A stretch of 20,372 nucleotides of DNA from a bacterium (lineage in GTDB: Bacteria; Hydrothermota; 32-111): NCBI GenBank assembly GCA_046484245.1, contig JAWOBN010000008.1, positions 1 to 20,372 on the forward strand, given 5' to 3'. This document shows, one piece after another, positions 17,603-20,372 of the stretch (position 1 is its first letter; the number at the start of each line of letters is the position of its first letter). Both the position numbers and the translations under genes were made by a program. Under the pieces are notes generated by a model. The model saw only the letters and a program-made list of their open reading frames with translations, was not told the DNA's origin and did no database searches.

Positions 17603-18312
17603 TGAAAAAGATCATTATCACGGGTGCATCGTCCGGACTGGGCAGAGCAGCTGCCCTCTATCTTGACAGAGAGGGTTACAGTTGCACTTTGATAGGACGA
17701 AACAGAAAGAGTCTTGAGTATGTCAGCGAAAGAACAGACAATTCAACTATCATAGAATTTGATCTTGTAAAGGATGATTATTCCGTGCTGCTTGATGAAT
17801 TGAAGCAAATAGGCAAATTCAGCGGTATGGTCTATTGTGCAGGTGTCCAGAAGAACAAACCATTTCAATTCTTCAAGGAAAGTGACTACAATGAGATATT
17901 TGATGTCAATGTGCGTGCCCTTATCAGAATTACAAACCTGTATCTGTCAAAGAGTGTAATAGATTATCCCAATTCCATTGTCTTCATATCTTCCATTACA
18001 GCAATACGCGGTTATCCCACTCAGAGCATATACTCCGCAAGTAAGGGTGCTGTGCTTTCATTTGCACGTTCACTGGTATCAGAGTACAAGAAAAGGGATA
18101 TCCGGTTCAACTGCATATTACCGGGTCTGTTCAATACACCAATGAGCCGGTCAATTATTGAATCAATGAAGAAAGCCGGTAAGGGGAATTTGCCTGATAT
18201 GGGGGAGCCGGAGGAGTTTGCTCCGCTTGTTGAATTTCTGCTCTCTAAAAGGTCACGCCATATCAATGGATCTGAGATAACTCTGGATAATGGCGAGTCA
18301 GCTGTTAAATAG
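17602..18312 (+). CDS. SDR oxidoreductase (FabG-like 3-oxoacyl-ACP reductase)
   Basis: TGASSGLG, YCAG, ISSI, YSASK, NCILPG..NTPM, INGSEITLDNG. TAATG overlap with ACP. Confidence 0.88.
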   Translation: MKKIIITGASSGLGRAAALYLDREGYSCTLIGRNRKSLEYVSERTDNSTIIEFDLVKDDYSVLLDELKQIGKFSGMVYCAGVQKNKPFQFFKESDYNEIFDVNVRALIRITNLYLSKSVIDYPNSIVFISSITAIRGYPTQSIYSASKGAVLSFARSLVSEYKKRDIRFNCILPGLFNTPMSRSIIESMKKAGKGNLPDMGEPEEFAPLVEFLLSKRSRHINGSEITLDNGESAVK

Positions 18313-18353
18313 TATAAAGATAATATCTGAACAAAGCCAGGAGGATGAGTGTA

Positions 18354-18932
18354 ATGACAAAGGATTCATATTATTCAAGAGATGAATTGGAGAATATAGG
18401 ATTTAAAAAAATCGGCTGTAATGTTTTGATAAGCAAAAAGACCAGTATATACAGTCCCGAGCGCATATCCATAGGCAATAATGTCCGCGTTGACGATTTC
18501 TGTTTTCTGTCAGGCAATATTGAACTGGGCAATTATATCCATATATCTGCAGGTGTGTATATTATCGGGGGCGAAGCAGGAGTGATAATAAAGAATTATG
18601 CATCTGTTTCATCCCAATGCACCATATATGCTGCAACAGATGATTATTCAGGGCAGTATATGAGCAATCCGACATTGCCCCCGGAGTACAGGAATGTAAT
18701 CAATGAACAGGTAATACTGGGCGAGCATGTTATTATAGGCACACATTCTGTCATTCTGCCGGGTATTGAGATAGGCAGGGGTGCTGCTGTGGGTGCAATG
18801 TCAATTCTGCGTTCGGATGTTAAACCCTTTATTATAATTGCCGGGAATCCTGCAAGGAAAATAGGGGAGAGAAGCAGGGATTTATTGAAACTTCAATCCA
18901 GACTGGAGCAAGAAGCCGGTCCCGGGCAATGA
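18354..18932 (+). CDS. Left-handed beta-helix N-acyltransferase, AntD/VioB-like
   Basis: YYSRDELENIGFKKIGCNVLISKK, IGNNVRVDDFC, TDDYSG..MSNPT, hexapeptide repeats, AGNPA. ATG 18354 is better spaced from SD AGGAGG than 18345. Confidence 0.85.
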   Translation: MTKDSYYSRDELENIGFKKIGCNVLISKKTSIYSPERISIGNNVRVDDFCFLSGNIELGNYIHISAGVYIIGGEAGVIIKNYASVSSQCTIYAATDDYSGQYMSNPTLPPEYRNVINEQVILGEHVIIGTHSVILPGIEIGRGAAVGAMSILRSDVKPFIIIAGNPARKIGERSRDLLKLQSRLEQEAGPGQ

Positions 18933-18969
18933 AAGTATAGAATACGATTAATTAATTCACCGGTAATTT

Positions 18970-20254
18970 CTAATTATCCTCATAAAGCTCAGAAGATCTG
19001 CCTGTTCCCATATAATCAAATCCCAGTTCCAAAGCATTTTCACTGTCAATAATATTTCTCGTGTCATAGATCAATTTGCCCTTCATTAGTGCTTTAACCC
19101 TTTCAAGATCAATATTGCGGTATTCATTCCATTCTGTCATAATAAGTACAGCATCCGCATCTCTCACTGCATCAAATTCGTCCTCAAAATACTCAATCCT
19201 GTCTTTGAATATACTGCCAAAATTATCCATTGCCTTGGGATCATTGACCCGCAACCTCACTTTTCTTGCAAGTAATTCTTCAGCTACTGTGATTGAAGGG
19301 GACTCCCTTACATCATCTGTCTCTGATTTGAATGCCAGTCCGAGCATGGCAATAGTAAGTCCTTCCAGCTCAGCAAAGTACTTCTCCAGTTTGCGGACAA
19401 CTCTCCTTTTCTGATATTCATTGGACTTGATGACTTCATTGACAATAGACATATCTGTATCAGCCGCACTGCCTATATGAACCAGTGCCTTGGTGTCTTT
19501 GGGAAAACAGCTTCCACCATAGCCTGGTCCTGGATGAAGGAATTTGGGGGAAATCCTGCCGTCCATTCCAAGTGCCTTTGCAATTGTCTTTATCTCCGCC
19601 CCGACATTTTCCGATAGATTTGCTATCTGATTGATAAATCCTATTTTTGTTGCCAGATATGCATTGGAGGCATATTTGATGAGTTCTGCTGTCTGAGCAT
19701 TGCACCATACAAACGGTGTCTGATTGAGATAGAGTGTCCTGTAAACATCCTCCAGTACAGCTTTTGCCCTATTGTTATTGAAACCGATGACAACACGGTC
19801 AGGATGAAAGAAGTCGTAAACCGCCTTGCCCTCACGGAGGAATTCAGGATTGGATACAATATCAAAGAGTTTTTTGTCTGTTTGTTTACTGATGAGTTCC
19901 GTTATCTTCTGATTTGTCCCCACAGGGACAGTGGATTTTATCACTATTACAGTATAATGCTCAATTGCCCTGCCGATTGTCTCAGTTGCAGATATAAGCT
20001 GTGAGAGGTCAGCCTCGCCATTTTCCGAAGCAGGAGTTCCAACACCTATGAACACAACATCAGCGTCCTTGACAGACGATTCAATGTCTGTTGAAAATGC
20101 CAGTCTGCCTGATTTCATATTCCTGTTGAGGTATTCTTCAATACCCGGTTCATAAATGGGGGATTTGCCGCTCTTCAGAATGTCTATCTTCCCATTGTCA
20201 ATATCTGTGGCTGTGACATAATTGCCGAAATCAGCAAGGCCCACTGCTGTTACA
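18970..20254 (-). CDS. ugd: UDP-glucose/GDP-mannose 6-dehydrogenase family; native N-terminus (about a dozen residues including GxGYVG) absent in this assembly
   Basis: PIYEPG, IGVGTP, KSTVPVGT, SNPEFLREG, AELIKYASN, GYGGSCFPKD, GLAFK..TDDVRESP, TEW, DTRN. Homology begins abruptly at VTAVGLADFG (codon 20253-20251). Confidence 0.9.
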
Positions 20255-20269
20255 TGTAACAGCAGTGGG
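20240..20269. repeat. Perfect 30-bp palindrome with no spacer at the ugd break point
   Basis: CCCACTGCTGTTACA|TGTAACAGCAGTGGG; one arm is ugd coding sequence and the other is its inverted copy. Confidence 0.97.
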
Positions 20270-20271
20270 AA

Positions 20272-20372
20272 TAATTTATAACCAATGTTTCGAAGGAAAT
20301 CCTTTCGCCATGTAATGTCTTCTTTGTTTTCGATTCCCACGGGCGTATGTCCATCGATGACTCCAAGGATTC
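20272..20372 (-). CDS. C-terminal fragment resembling adenosine-specific kinase (DUF355 / Adenosine_kin family), stop codon lost, in frame with ugd
   Basis: Translation ILGVIDGHTPVGIENKEDITWRKDFLRNIGYKL matches my recollection of this family's conserved C-terminus (GILGVIDG..P.G.E......R..FLR.IGYK). Confidence 0.7.

Noticed and set aside
7683..20004. Numerous short alternative-frame and antisense ORFs in the track (e.g. 7954-8448, 8933-9325, 14220-14666, 16708-17127, 19076-19414)
   Set aside because: All overlap confidently assigned genes and show no family motifs.
20255..20340. ORF-track N-terminus MGIENKEDITW... as the genuine ugd start, or an intron/IS end
   Set aside because: It lacks the GxGxxG motif, the frame stays open upstream of the GTG, and it reads as another protein's C-terminus; no intron or IS terminal features seen.

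Overview
AT-rich bacterial window dominated by a surface-glycan (O-antigen, capsule or glycoprotein glycan) biosynthesis locus. From left to right: (i) the 5' part of a secreted modular protein on the minus strand, missed by the ORF track because it runs off the window; (ii) a RAYT/Y1 HUH tyrosine transposase with an extra C-terminal HTH, bracketed by a 37-bp terminal inverted repeat whose left copy overlaps the gene's own promoter; (iii) a tightly coupled plus-strand operon: SpsF-type cytidylyltransferase, NeuB-family nonulosonate synthase resembling the 9-phosphate (NANS/KDN-9-P) type, HAD phosphatase, Wzx flippase, an orphan GT-B-like protein, four GT4 glycosyltransferases, a Wzy/ligase-type membrane protein and an asparagine-synthetase-like protein lacking the catalytic N-terminal Cys; (iv) an oppositely oriented PAPS sulfotransferase; (v) a FabH-ACP-SDR-AntD/VioB acylation cassette; (vi) a UDP-glucose dehydrogenase whose N-terminal Rossmann motif is replaced, at a perfect 30-bp palindrome, by the C-terminus of an unrelated gene (probably a chimeric junction). 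No rRNA, tRNA or CRISPR array was seen. All family calls come from motif recognition by eye, not from database searches.
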